The notes: generated by a model from the sequence alone, not told the origin. Shown: positions 9,865-19,222, numbered from the stretch's first letter. The stretch is 64,000 nt of DNA from Verrucomicrobiota bacterium (GCA_039798785.1 JBDKFG010000006.1:1-64000), one strand, 5' to 3'. Numbers and translations: made by a program.

Positions 9865-10330
9865 GCCCTCCTCAGCGTTTCTCTTCTTTCCTTGAGCCTT
9901 CCAGACCTTTCTCAGCCAGCTCCCGAACGGGAGCCCGGTGACTTTGATTGACAATGCCCCGGATTTCATTGGCGGCAATTGCATAAATACCATTTTATAA
10001 TGAAATTCTGCTAGATGCAGGTGCCAGGACTCCGAATTTCAACCTCGGACCCCCCCCCCTGGAAATTTTGCAGTAAATAATTTATTTAATTATTTTTGCA
10101 TTAAATCATGATCTGGCATCATGAATCTTGTTTCCGAGTTGAGTGAGAGCGCCGCCTTGGCATCCAGGATATCTTCATAAATTCCTATCTTATTGAGATT
10201 CACGCCAAGTCATGCAGCCATCGCGGCTCTTCCCGGCCACCTCATCAATCCTTAGCGAGCCAGCTAGCTTTCAACTGCGGTTTGCGCGATAAAGTCATGC
10301 GACGCCCAACCCCATAGCCTGGAGACGCTG

Positions 10331-11545
10331 ATGACCCCTCTCCTCCGGATTGCAATTCCTGCCTTGATCCTCGCCGCCTCCTGCCGCGACATTGAGCCGC
10401 CGCCACTGTCGCACCGGCTCGGACCCTCCGGCCATCCCGAGGATCTTCGCACCTTGAAGATCGGCGACGCCGCTCCAGACTTCGACCTTCCCGGCATCGA
10501 CGGCAGGAACTGGCGCCTCAAGGATTTCGACCAGGCCGAGGTCCTGATGGTGCTCTTCACCTCCAACCATTGCCCCAGCTCGCACGGGATCGAGAAGCGT
10601 CTGCAGCGATTCCGCCAGGAGATGAAAGGCCGCAGCTTCGCTCTGGTCGCGATCAATCCCAATCACCCCGACGGTCTCAGCATCGACGAGCTCGGCTACG
10701 GACGCTTCACCGACTCCTTCGCCGACATGAAGCCCTATGCCGCCAGCAACGGCTGGGACTTCCCTTATCTCTACGATGGCGACGAACAGCGCAGTGCCCG
10801 AGCTTACGGATGTCTGGCCACGCCGCATGTTTTCGTCTTCGACAAGAACCGCCGCCTGCGCTATTCCGGGCGATTCGACGACTCTCCCTATGCCGACGAA
10901 AGCACGGTCCGTTCGCCGGACGCCCGTCGCGCCGTCGAAGCCCTGCTCGCCGGCAGGGCCGTTCCGGTGGAAACCACCCGGCCTCACGGCTGTTCGACAA
11001 AATGGCGAGAGAAGAAGACCAAGGCCCGCGCCGTCGAGGCCGCCTGGACGCAGCTGCCGGTTAGCATGGACAGCCTCGACGACAAGGCGGCAACGGCTCT
11101 CCGCTCCAATCCGACCCAGAAATATCGTCTGATTCATCTCTGGGCCACCTGGTGCGCTCCCTGCGTCAGAGAATTCCCCGAGCTGGTGTCGATCTCGCGC
11201 CAGTACGACATGCGCCGCAACTTCGAAGTCATCACGATCAGTCTCGACACCCCCCGGGATGCCGGCAAGGTCCTGGCCTTCCTGCAAAAGCAGGGAGCAG
11301 GAGTTTCGCCGCGGGTCCTCCCCGGGGTTCTGGACGAAGGAAGGAAAAGCAACCACTATCTTTATGCCGGCGCCGGGCAGGATGCCTTGGCGGCGGCGCT
11401 CGACCGGGAATGGCCAGGACCTGTCCCCCACACCCTGCTCGTCGCTCCTGGCGGCGAGATCCTCTGGCGGCACAACGGTCCGATCGAACGCGAGGCTGCA
11501 TGCGAGGCGATCGTCAAGGCGCTCAAGCCTTATTACAGTCCCTGA
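10331..11545 (+). CDS. Two-domain redoxin/thioredoxin-like lipoprotein
   Basis: Lipobox LAASC; APDFDLPGIDG..NHCP domain and WATWCAPC domain. Confidence 0.88.
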   Translation: MTPLLRIAIPALILAASCRDIEPPPLSHRLGPSGHPEDLRTLKIGDAAPDFDLPGIDGRNWRLKDFDQAEVLMVLFTSNHCPSSHGIEKRLQRFRQEMKGRSFALVAINPNHPDGLSIDELGYGRFTDSFADMKPYAASNGWDFPYLYDGDEQRSARAYGCLATPHVFVFDKNRRLRYSGRFDDSPYADESTVRSPDARRAVEALLAGRAVPVETTRPHGCSTKWREKKTKARAVEAAWTQLPVSMDSLDDKAATALRSNPTQKYRLIHLWATWCAPCVREFPELVSISRQYDMRRNFEVITISLDTPRDAGKVLAFLQKQGAGVSPRVLPGVLDEGRKSNHYLYAGAGQDALAAALDREWPGPVPHTLLVAPGGEILWRHNGPIEREAACEAIVKALKPYYSP

Positions 11546-11602
11546 ACTGCAGCCATAAATCAGATCTTTGAGGGATGAAGGGGGCTCATCCGTCGGCCCG
11601 CC

Positions 11603-12634
11603 TCATTCCCGGTGTTTCAGGATCACCAGGCTGAGCGAGCCGACTCGGATGCCCCATTTTCGCATTTCGGTCTCGTTGATCAGGGTGTCGGGATTGACCA
11701 GGTACATGCGGTCGTCCATGCTCAGATCCAGGCTGCCGTCGCCGTAAGGGATGCGCAGGGTGTAGTCCATGAAGAAGGCGTTGCCGGCGGCGCGTCCGAG
11801 AGCGGTGCCGACGACGTCGCCGGCGCTGGCTTCGTAGGTGCCTTCGGGCAAGCGGCGGATCAGCCAGGTGCGCTGTTGTTTTTCTCCGTCATCGAAGAGA
11901 AAGGATTCGCTCAGCTTGATTCCAGATTCGGTTTTGACGCCGGTCATCTCGGCGTTGAAGCTGCGGATCTGCTGACCCGAGCGGTTTTTGACGATGCCGT
12001 GGGCGCTGAGCTTGCCGAGGAAGAATTCCTCGGGCAGCATCTTCGGCTGGAAGCGGGCGTTGTCTTCGACCTGGCGGAGGCTGCCGCAGGAGGCGAGGAG
12101 AAGGGCGGCAAGAAGCAGGATGAGATGGCGGCGCATGAGGACTCCTTTGGGGATGGATTCGAGATCGCGGCAGTGCAGTTTCCACAGGCTCAGCCAGAGC
12201 AGCCAGAGGGCGGCGTGGAGGCTGAAGCCGAGGAGGAGGGGCGCCTCGTAGCGGAAGGAGCACAGGGGCGAGGCGGCAAGATAAGCCAAGGGAGCGAAAG
12301 CGGCGAGCAGTAGCAGACGCACCCAGGTGGCGAGGAAAAACCGCATCGACAGATCCAGGGTGATCGGGAAGATCAGCCAGCAGCCGAGGAGGAAGAAGGG
12401 GAACTCGCCGCCGCTGCCGGCCAGTCCGCTGGCGAGCAGGAGCCGGTCGAGGCCGAAGCCGAAAAGGCCGAAGCTCAGGCAGGAGAACAGCGGGCGAGGC
12501 TCCGGATGCAGGCGGGCATGGATGGCGAGACAGATCGCTACGATCGCCAGGCCGGCCGGCGGAGGCAGAAGCATGCTGCTCCACCAGCCCAGCTGGTAAA
12601 GCGCGAGGTTGATCAGGATCGGTCTGCTGGGCAT
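11603..12634 (-). CDS. In-frame DUF2878-like membrane protein plus DUF3833-like lipoprotein (internal start at 12136)
   Basis: N-half INLALYQLGWW...PLAYLA is hydrophobic; C-half LLLASCGS...EEFFLGKLSAHG...FDDGEKQQRTW...MDDRMYL; AAAGGAG SD before the internal ATG. Confidence 0.75.
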   Translation of the reverse strand: MPSRPILINLALYQLGWWSSMLLPPPAGLAIVAICLAIHARLHPEPRPLFSCLSFGLFGFGLDRLLLASGLAGSGGEFPFFLLGCWLIFPITLDLSMRFFLATWVRLLLLAAFAPLAYLAASPLCSFRYEAPLLLGFSLHAALWLLWLSLWKLHCRDLESIPKGVLMRRHLILLLAALLLASCGSLRQVEDNARFQPKMLPEEFFLGKLSAHGIVKNRSGQQIRSFNAEMTGVKTESGIKLSESFLFDDGEKQQRTWLIRRLPEGTYEASAGDVVGTALGRAAGNAFFMDYTLRIPYGDGSLDLSMDDRMYLVNPDTLINETEMRKWGIRVGSLSLVILKHRE

Positions 12635-12730
12635 CTGGGGGGGGGTCTCCGCGGATAATTCGGCTTCTCGATTGTGAACTTACAGAAGCCGCAGGCTATA
12701 TTCAGGCCTCCGCCCCAAACACGAGCCGAC

Positions 12731-13312
12731 ATGTCCGACCTCCCCGCTCAAGCCCCTGACCCTGAAGAATGGCTGCCGCTCTACGGCGACTATCTCTACC
12801 GCTATGCCTTGTCGCGCCTGCGCGACCGCGGCCAGGCCGAGGACGCGGTGCAGGAGACCCTGCTCTCCGCCTTCAAGGCGCGCGACCGCTACGACGGTCG
12901 GGTCGAGATGAAGTTCTGGTTGCGCGCCATCATGCGCAACAAGATCATCGACGTTCTCCGCAAGCGGGTCAAAGACTGCTCCTACGAAGACTTCCAGAAG
13001 GAGCCCGAGTCCCCGGGCTTTCTCGAACGCTTCACCGGCGTCCTGCCCGGACGGGTCGAAAGATGGACCTTCGACCCCCAAGTCGCCTGCGAGCGCAGCG
13101 ACTTCTGGGAGCAGTTCAACCGCTGCATCGAAAAAGTCCCCGAGCCGGGACGCTCCCTCTTCATCATGCGCGAAATCGAGGAGCAGGATACCGAAGAAAT
13201 CTGTAAGGAGATGAAGATTTCCGCGAATCATCTCTGGGTGATCATTCACCGGGTCCGCAAGGCCCTCAAGGCCTGCCTCAACAAGAATTATTCGAGACGA
13301 CCGGAGTTCTGA
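12731..13312 (+). CDS. ECF RNA polymerase sigma-70 factor
   Basis: YGDYLYRYALSRL, AEDAVQETLL, WLRAIMRNKIID, region 4 EEICKEMKISANHLWVIIHRVR. Confidence 0.92.
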   Translation: MSDLPAQAPDPEEWLPLYGDYLYRYALSRLRDRGQAEDAVQETLLSAFKARDRYDGRVEMKFWLRAIMRNKIIDVLRKRVKDCSYEDFQKEPESPGFLERFTGVLPGRVERWTFDPQVACERSDFWEQFNRCIEKVPEPGRSLFIMREIEEQDTEEICKEMKISANHLWVIIHRVRKALKACLNKNYSRRPEF

Positions 13313-13314
13313 GC

Positions 13315-13578
13315 ATGTGGCGCTGCATCGACGTCGCGACCGCCTTGAAGGCCGGGAAATATCGGGACCTCAGTCCCTGGAAGCGCTTCTGGCTGCGCTG
13401 CCATGTCGTCTTCTGCTTCGTCTGCGGCAAGTACCACCGCGACCTGATGAAGAGCCAGGACATCGAAGTCAAGCTGCGCGACGAACCGGAGAGCTGCTGC
13501 CCTCACGCTCTTGATCCCGAACAGGCCGAACGCCTGAAGCGGCGTCTCGAAGCGGAGAGGCGGAAGTCGAAAGAGTGA
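13315..13578 (+). CDS. Zinc-binding anti-sigma factor (zf-HC2-like)
   Basis: HxxxCxxC (HVVFCFVC); starts 2 nt after the ECF sigma stop. Confidence 0.8.
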   Translation: MWRCIDVATALKAGKYRDLSPWKRFWLRCHVVFCFVCGKYHRDLMKSQDIEVKLRDEPESCCPHALDPEQAERLKRRLEAERRKSKE

Positions 13579-13866
13579 TCTCCTCGCCCAGCCGGCAGAG
13601 TCGTGACGGGTGTCGTTTCTTCCAGGCTTCCTCCACGATCGTAGAAGGGCTCCGGCTCGCCGAGCGCCGTCTGGCTCGTCGGGCTCTTGCCGCTCCTTCG
13701 TCAGGTCGTGATCCATGAAGTCCAGCGGCGTGAAGCCGAGTACGCAGTCGACGGCTTCAACAACATTGACGCCCAGGCGCAGTCCGACTCCCAGACTGAA
13801 GCTTGCATCGAGGCGGCAGCTGTTGGAATGGAAACGCCTCATTGCGACATCCACCAAGGAATCGAC

Positions 13867-14595
13867 TTATGGCTTGGCAGGACTGACGGGGGCCATCAGC
13901 GCCGAGTCGAAGAAGCCGTCGAAACGACCGGGTTGGCAGTCGGGATTTGACGGGTCAGGCGGCAAGGGGGCGTCATCGCTGCTCCAGCTTGATCCGCAAC
14001 CCGGCTGCTTTTTCAGGTTCAGCTTGGGGAAGCATTTGCAGGCCGCGTCAAAACTGATGACTTCCAGGGAGATGCCGACACCGCAAACGGTGGTGGCCTT
14101 CTCCGAGGAACGGCTGTAATCGCCTTTGTAGTAGATCATGTTGAAAACCGCCGGGATGCTCTGTCTTCCAGTTGGCGTCTCCACGGTCGAGCCTTGGGAT
14201 TGCGAAGTGCTGAGATGGATGTTGTCGCGTTTTTCGCCGATCTGATGTCTTCCCGGGGAGAAGGGGTCGCCGTCGATCGAGTAGGAATAGGCGCCTTCCT
14301 CACTCAGCGGTGAATGAGGCTCCCAGATCAAGATCGTCATTTCGGTTCTTCCGGACGGCAGGGTTCTCAGCCACCACCTCTCATGAATCTTGCCCTCTTC
14401 GTCCCGGAGTTTGAAGTGATAAAGGGCGACTTCTTCCGCCGTGAGATCTGCGCTGAGCAGATGTTTTTGCATGCCGAGATCTTTCGCGAGGATGGGTTGC
14501 GTGGAGTCCAAGCGGATCAACTGCTGCGGAACTGGGGCGCAGGAGGCCAGGAGGCTGAGACTGCAGGCAATGACGAGCGGGGGGATGAGTCGCAT
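13867..14595 (-). CDS. Hypothetical lipoprotein
   Basis: MRLIPPLVIACSLSLLASC lipobox; AAGGAAA upstream. Confidence 0.65.
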   Translation of the reverse strand: MRLIPPLVIACSLSLLASCAPVPQQLIRLDSTQPILAKDLGMQKHLLSADLTAEEVALYHFKLRDEEGKIHERWWLRTLPSGRTEMTILIWEPHSPLSEEGAYSYSIDGDPFSPGRHQIGEKRDNIHLSTSQSQGSTVETPTGRQSIPAVFNMIYYKGDYSRSSEKATTVCGVGISLEVISFDAACKCFPKLNLKKQPGCGSSWSSDDAPLPPDPSNPDCQPGRFDGFFDSALMAPVSPAKP

Positions 14596-14701
14596 CGATT
14601 TTCCTTGATTGACATGAGAGGCTCCAACCAAGATGGTGGCAAGGAAGGAGGAATGCAAATTTTTGACCAGAAAAAGCCAGCCAGGCCCCTGATGCCCGGC
14701 T

Positions 14702-16099
14702 TCAGCCGCCCTTCTTCCTGCCTTTTTTCGGCTTATCCTCGTCGCCGGCGCCGCTGTCGTCATCCTGGCCTGACTTGCCCCAGCGGGGCTCCTCCATGCC
14801 TTTTTCCCAGTCGAGGAAGAGCTTTTTCAGTTCGTCCAGCTTGGCTGCTTCGCTGGCGGCGAGGTCGTTCTTCTCCCCCAGGTCGGCCTTCAGGTTGTAG
14901 AGCTCAGGGTTTTTGTTGCGGTTCCACACCATCTTCCAGTCGCCGAGGCGGACGGCGGCAAGGCCTTTGCTGCCGCCGCTGCGCCAGAACAGGGGTCGCC
15001 CGGGCAGGCTCGGGCTGCTGCCGGTGAGGCGGGGGAGGAGGTTGATGCCGTCGAGGTTTTCCCGGGCGGGTTCGACGTTCTGGCCGGCGGCGGCGAGCAG
15101 GGTGGGGATGAAGTCGAGGCTGATGACCTGGTCGTCGAGGCGTTGCCCCGCCTTGATCCTGCCGGGCCAGCGGAAGATCATCGGGACGCGGGTGCCGCCT
15201 TCATAAAGAGTTCCCTTGCCTTCGCGGATCGGGCCGTTGTCGGCGCCGACGTGGATCTGGCCGCCGTTGTCGTTGGTGAAGATGACCAGGGTGTCCTCTT
15301 CCAAACCTTGCTCCTTCAGGCAGGCTGTGATCCGCCCGACGTTCTCGTCAAGGGCCTTCATCAGGCCGATGTAGTTGGCGCGGCCGCCTTTCACCGGCAG
15401 GCCCTTGACGAAGTCCTCATCTTCCTTGCGCGGCTGCAGGGGGCCGTGTACGGCGGTGAAGCTGACGAAGAGGAAGAAGGGTGTGTCCTTGTTGCTCTTG
15501 ATGTAGTCGCAGGCGAGTTCGCCGAAGCGGTCGGTGACGTAGCCGGTCTCCGCCAAGGGGCTGCCGTTGTGGGTGATCACCTGGTCCTTGCTCGGCTTGG
15601 CCAGGGGATGATAGCTCCGGGCGCCTTGCAGCAGGCCGTAGAAATCGCCGTAGCCGCGTTTCCCCGGGTGGTAGGCTTCGGGGTAGCCGAGGTGCCATTT
15701 GCCGATCAGGGCGGTGTCGTAGCCGAGGTCGGCGAGGCGGTCGGCCATGGTCTTCTGCTTGATGTCAAGACCGCCCTGGAAGCCGGGAGGCAGGTTGTTG
15801 TCATGGCCGAAACGCTGCTGGTAGCGGCCGGTCTGAAGCCCCGCACGGCTAGGCGAGCAGACGCAGCCGGAGACGTAGGCCTGGGTCATCACCGCACCTT
15901 GCGCCGCCAGTTTGTCGAGGTGCGGCGTCATTTTCGCGATGTCGGCGGCAGGATGCGGCTGGAAGCCGAAATCTGCCCAGCCGGCATCGTCGCTGAAGAG
16001 GATGACGACGTTCGGGGGGCGCTTGGCGGGAGCAGGATTGGCTTCTTCGGCGACAAGCTGGTGACACACCAGAAAGAGGGTGGCGAGGCTTCGGAACAT
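14702..16099 (-). CDS. Sulfatase (S1, Cys-type formylglycine), secreted
   Basis: PNVVILFSDDAG, CSPSRAGLQTGRY, GKWHLG, FTNDNGG, KGTLYEGGTRVP, ELYNLKADLGE. Confidence 0.95.
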   Translation of the reverse strand: MFRSLATLFLVCHQLVAEEANPAPAKRPPNVVILFSDDAGWADFGFQPHPAADIAKMTPHLDKLAAQGAVMTQAYVSGCVCSPSRAGLQTGRYQQRFGHDNNLPPGFQGGLDIKQKTMADRLADLGYDTALIGKWHLGYPEAYHPGKRGYGDFYGLLQGARSYHPLAKPSKDQVITHNGSPLAETGYVTDRFGELACDYIKSNKDTPFFLFVSFTAVHGPLQPRKEDEDFVKGLPVKGGRANYIGLMKALDENVGRITACLKEQGLEEDTLVIFTNDNGGQIHVGADNGPIREGKGTLYEGGTRVPMIFRWPGRIKAGQRLDDQVISLDFIPTLLAAAGQNVEPARENLDGINLLPRLTGSSPSLPGRPLFWRSGGSKGLAAVRLGDWKMVWNRNKNPELYNLKADLGEKNDLAASEAAKLDELKKLFLDWEKGMEEPRWGKSGQDDDSGAGDEDKPKKGRKKGG

Positions 16100-16246
16100 G
16101 TGAATCTCCATGATGTGGGGTCATCATGTGATGAAGCCGGTCCGCATCTAGGTTACGCCCAGGAGATGATTTTGACTCCACCGGCTCAAGGCTTGTAAGT
16201 TCCGCGCGAGAAGGCCGTATCTTCAGCAAGCACAAAGGAGGGGCAC

Positions 16247-17005
16247 TTGAACAGGGATTGGCAGGGACGCAGGATTTGGCTGACAGGCGCCAGCTCGGGC
16301 ATCGGCGCGGCGCTGGCCGAGCGTCTGGCAAAGGAAGGCGCCCAGCTCTTCCTCTCCGGCCGCAAGCGCGCCGCCCTCGAGGCTCTCGGCTGCGGCGAAG
16401 TCCTGCCTTTCGACATCCGCAGCCCGCAAGGATGGAATGAGGCCGCCGCCGCGATCGAAAAGAGCGGCGGCATCGACGACTTCCTCCACTGTGCCGGCGA
16501 CTGCCAATACGTCGATGGTCGCGACTATCGCGCCGCCCCCTACCGCGAGCTGATGGAGACCAATTTCCTCAGCCTCGCCGAGGGCTTGCCCGAGGTGCTG
16601 CCTCTGCTCCGCCGCGGAGACTCGCCCCGCCTGATCCTGGTCAGCTCCTGCGCCCCCTGGTTCGCCTTTCCCCGCGCCTCCGCCTACAACGCCTCGAAGG
16701 CCGCGCTCACCGCCTTCGGCCGCTGCCTGCGCGCCGACCTCGCCGCCGAAGGGCTCGAAGTGGCGCTCATCCACCCCGGCTTCGTCCACACGCCGCTCAC
16801 CGCCAAGAACGACTTCCCGATGCCCTTCGCCATCTCCGCCGAAGACGCCGCCGCCCGCATCGAACGCGGCCTCCGCCAAGGCCGTCGCGAAATCGAATTC
16901 CCCCGCCGCTTCACCTGGTCGCTGCGAATCCTCTCCTGCCTGCCGCAGAGGGTGCAGGATGCGATCTCCGCAAAACTTGTTCGGCCTCGTGATCTTAACT
17001 CTTAA
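16247..17005 (+). CDS. Short-chain dehydrogenase/reductase
   Basis: TGASSGIG, YNASKAA, PGFVHTPLT; TTG start after AAAGGAGG. Confidence 0.92.
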   Translation: MNRDWQGRRIWLTGASSGIGAALAERLAKEGAQLFLSGRKRAALEALGCGEVLPFDIRSPQGWNEAAAAIEKSGGIDDFLHCAGDCQYVDGRDYRAAPYRELMETNFLSLAEGLPEVLPLLRRGDSPRLILVSSCAPWFAFPRASAYNASKAALTAFGRCLRADLAAEGLEVALIHPGFVHTPLTAKNDFPMPFAISAEDAAARIERGLRQGRREIEFPRRFTWSLRILSCLPQRVQDAISAKLVRPRDLNS

Positions 17006-17041
17006 CTCTTAACTCTTAACTCTTAACTCTTAACTCTTAAC
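16993..17041. repeat. Heptamer tandem array (TCTTAAC)x7
   Basis: Counted directly; contains the SDR stop codon and ends 5 nt before the next ATG. Confidence 0.97.
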
Positions 17042-17046
17042 TGCCC

Positions 17047-18312
17047 ATGAAACACATCGCCATCATCGGTTCCGGCATCTCCGGTCTCAGCGCCGCCTGG
17101 CGCCTCAAGGACCAGTGCCGCGTCAGCGTCTACGAAGCGCAGGAGCGTCTCGGCGGCCACACCCACACCCACGCCGTCAGCGACGCCGCGGGCAAGACCC
17201 TGGCGGTGGATTCGGGCTTCATCGTCTTCAACGACTGGACCTACCCGCGCTTCATCGCCCTGCTCAAGGAGCTCGGCGTCGAATCGCAGCCCTCCGACAT
17301 GAGCTTCGCGGTGAAGTGCGAGCGGACCGGGCTGGAGTACAACGGAACTTCGCTCAACACCCTCTTCGCGCAGCGCTCCAACCTGCTCAAACCCTCCTTC
17401 TGGGGCATGGTGCGCGACATCCTCCGCTTCAACCGCGAAGGCACCGAGTGGCTCAAATCCGCTCCCGCCGACGCGGCCGACACCCTCGGCGACTTCATCG
17501 CCCGCCACCGCTTCTCGCCGCTCTGCGTCGACAAATACATCCTGCCGATCACCGCCGCCATCTGGTCGGCTTCGCCCAGCGACGTGCTGAAGATGCCGCT
17601 GCGTTTCTACCTGCGCTTCTGCGCCAACCACGGCATGCTGTCGGTCGACGAACGGCCGGTGTGGCGGGTGGTCAAGGGCGGCTCGAAGAGCTATGTCGAG
17701 AAGATCCGCGCCGCCCTGGGCGAGGGCGTCTTCCGTCTCGCCGACCCGGTGCTGTCGCTGCGCCGCCTGCCCGAAGGCGGCGTCGAGGTCACCTCGAAGA
17801 GCGGCGTCGCCCGCTACGACGGCGTGGTCATCGCCTGTCACAGCGACGAGGCGCTCAAGCTCTGGGGCGAGCACGCGACGCCGCTCGAGCGGGAGATCCT
17901 CGGCGCCCTGCCCTACCAGCGCAACGAGGCGGTGCTGCACCGCGACGCCTCGCTGATGCCCAAGCGCCGCCTCGCCTGGGCCGCCTGGAACTACCACGTC
18001 CTCGCCGCCGAGCGCCCGGTCGAAGGCCCGGTCGCCCTCACCTACAACATGAACATCCTGCAGAGCCTGCCGAGCGACGAAACCTGGCTCGTCACCCTCA
18101 ACAACAGCGCCGCCATCGACCCGGCCAAGATCGTCCGCAAGATCGAATACCACCACCCCGTCTTCACCCTCGCCGGCATCCGCGCCCAGGAGCGCTGGAA
18201 CGAGATCTCCGGTCCCGCCGGCGTGCACTACGCCGGCGCCTACTGGCGCTTCGGCTTCCACGAAGACGGCTGTTTGAGCGGGGAACGGGCGGCGGAGCAA
18301 GTATTGCCCTGA
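17047..18312 (+). CDS. FAD-dependent oxidoreductase, amine-oxidase-like, of cfa/ufa-type clusters
   Basis: IAIIGSGISGL, RLGGHTHT, VDSGFIVFN, WAAWNY, GAYWRFGFHEDG. Confidence 0.92.
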   Translation: MKHIAIIGSGISGLSAAWRLKDQCRVSVYEAQERLGGHTHTHAVSDAAGKTLAVDSGFIVFNDWTYPRFIALLKELGVESQPSDMSFAVKCERTGLEYNGTSLNTLFAQRSNLLKPSFWGMVRDILRFNREGTEWLKSAPADAADTLGDFIARHRFSPLCVDKYILPITAAIWSASPSDVLKMPLRFYLRFCANHGMLSVDERPVWRVVKGGSKSYVEKIRAALGEGVFRLADPVLSLRRLPEGGVEVTSKSGVARYDGVVIACHSDEALKLWGEHATPLEREILGALPYQRNEAVLHRDASLMPKRRLAWAAWNYHVLAAERPVEGPVALTYNMNILQSLPSDETWLVTLNNSAAIDPAKIVRKIEYHHPVFTLAGIRAQERWNEISGPAGVHYAGAYWRFGFHEDGCLSGERAAEQVLP

Positions 18313-18399
18313 ACTCTACAAAAATCAGTCGGATCGGTCGGATTTGCCCGATCTTCCGCAGTGGCTCCAACTTTAAACCTTAAACTTTAAACTCATTCC

Positions 18400-19143
18400 A
18401 TGCTCAACTCCATCGCCCACGGTCGCGTCCGACATGTCCGCCTGGGAGCGCGTCCCCGGCGCTTCAGCTACGCCATGACCATGAGCCTGGTCGATGTCGA
18501 GCGGATCGGCGAGATGTTCTCGGTGCCGCCGATCGCCGGCACTTCGTGGAGCGTTTGTTCCTTGCGCCGCCGCGACTATCTCGCCGATGCCGACGGCCGG
18601 CGCGTCGGCGATTTGAAGGAGGCGGTGCTGCACCGCGTCCGCGAGCTCGGTTTTGCGCCGCCCGCCAAGGCCCAGGTCTTCCTCCTCACCATGCCGGCTT
18701 CACTCGGCTACGGCTTCAATCCGGTGAGCTTCTACCTCGTCCTCGACGAGACCGGCAAGGCGCGGCTGCTGCTCGCCGAGATCACCAACACCCCCTGGGA
18801 CGAGCGCCACAGCTATTGCCTGCCTTTCGATGACAGCGGTTGCCGGGTGCACGAGTTTTTCACCAAGGCCTTCCACATCTCGCCCTTCCAGCCGATGGGC
18901 CAGCAGTACGAGTGGTCGCTGCGTCTGCGTCAGGACCACATCCAGATCCACATGCGCAACACCCAGGACGGCGCCTGCGTCTTCACCGCGACGATGGATC
19001 TCGCCTTGACTCCCGCCACCCGCTGGATCCAGGCCTGGGCGGCGATCCGCCATCCCCTGATGTCGCTGCGTGCCGCCTTCGGCATCTACCTGCAAGCCGC
19101 GATCCTGTGGTGCCGGGGCTTCAAGTTTTATGACCATCCGTAA
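18400..19143 (+). CDS. DUF1365 family protein
   Basis: GRVRHVR, LGYGFNPVSFY, AEITNTPWDERHSY, KAFHISPF, IYLQAAILW, FYDHP. Confidence 0.9.
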   Translation: MLNSIAHGRVRHVRLGARPRRFSYAMTMSLVDVERIGEMFSVPPIAGTSWSVCSLRRRDYLADADGRRVGDLKEAVLHRVRELGFAPPAKAQVFLLTMPASLGYGFNPVSFYLVLDETGKARLLLAEITNTPWDERHSYCLPFDDSGCRVHEFFTKAFHISPFQPMGQQYEWSLRLRQDHIQIHMRNTQDGACVFTATMDLALTPATRWIQAWAAIRHPLMSLRAAFGIYLQAAILWCRGFKFYDHP

Positions 19144-19222
19144 AAAGATGAAACGGTGAAGGTAAGGAATTGTATCTCAATAAATAAATTAGAATAGAAT
19201 CATAATGTACGATGGCCGATTA

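Noticed and set aside
9870..9960. Possible TPP riboswitch (GGCTGAGA after a hairpin on the minus strand)
   Set aside because: The downstream CCTGAT/AGGGA elements are absent and the adjacent gene is not thiamine-related.
16993..17041. Possible CRISPR array at the tandem repeats (also 36908, 26720 and 1180-1395)
   Set aside because: The units are 7 nt with no unique spacers, or are irregular hairpins; no cas genes are present.
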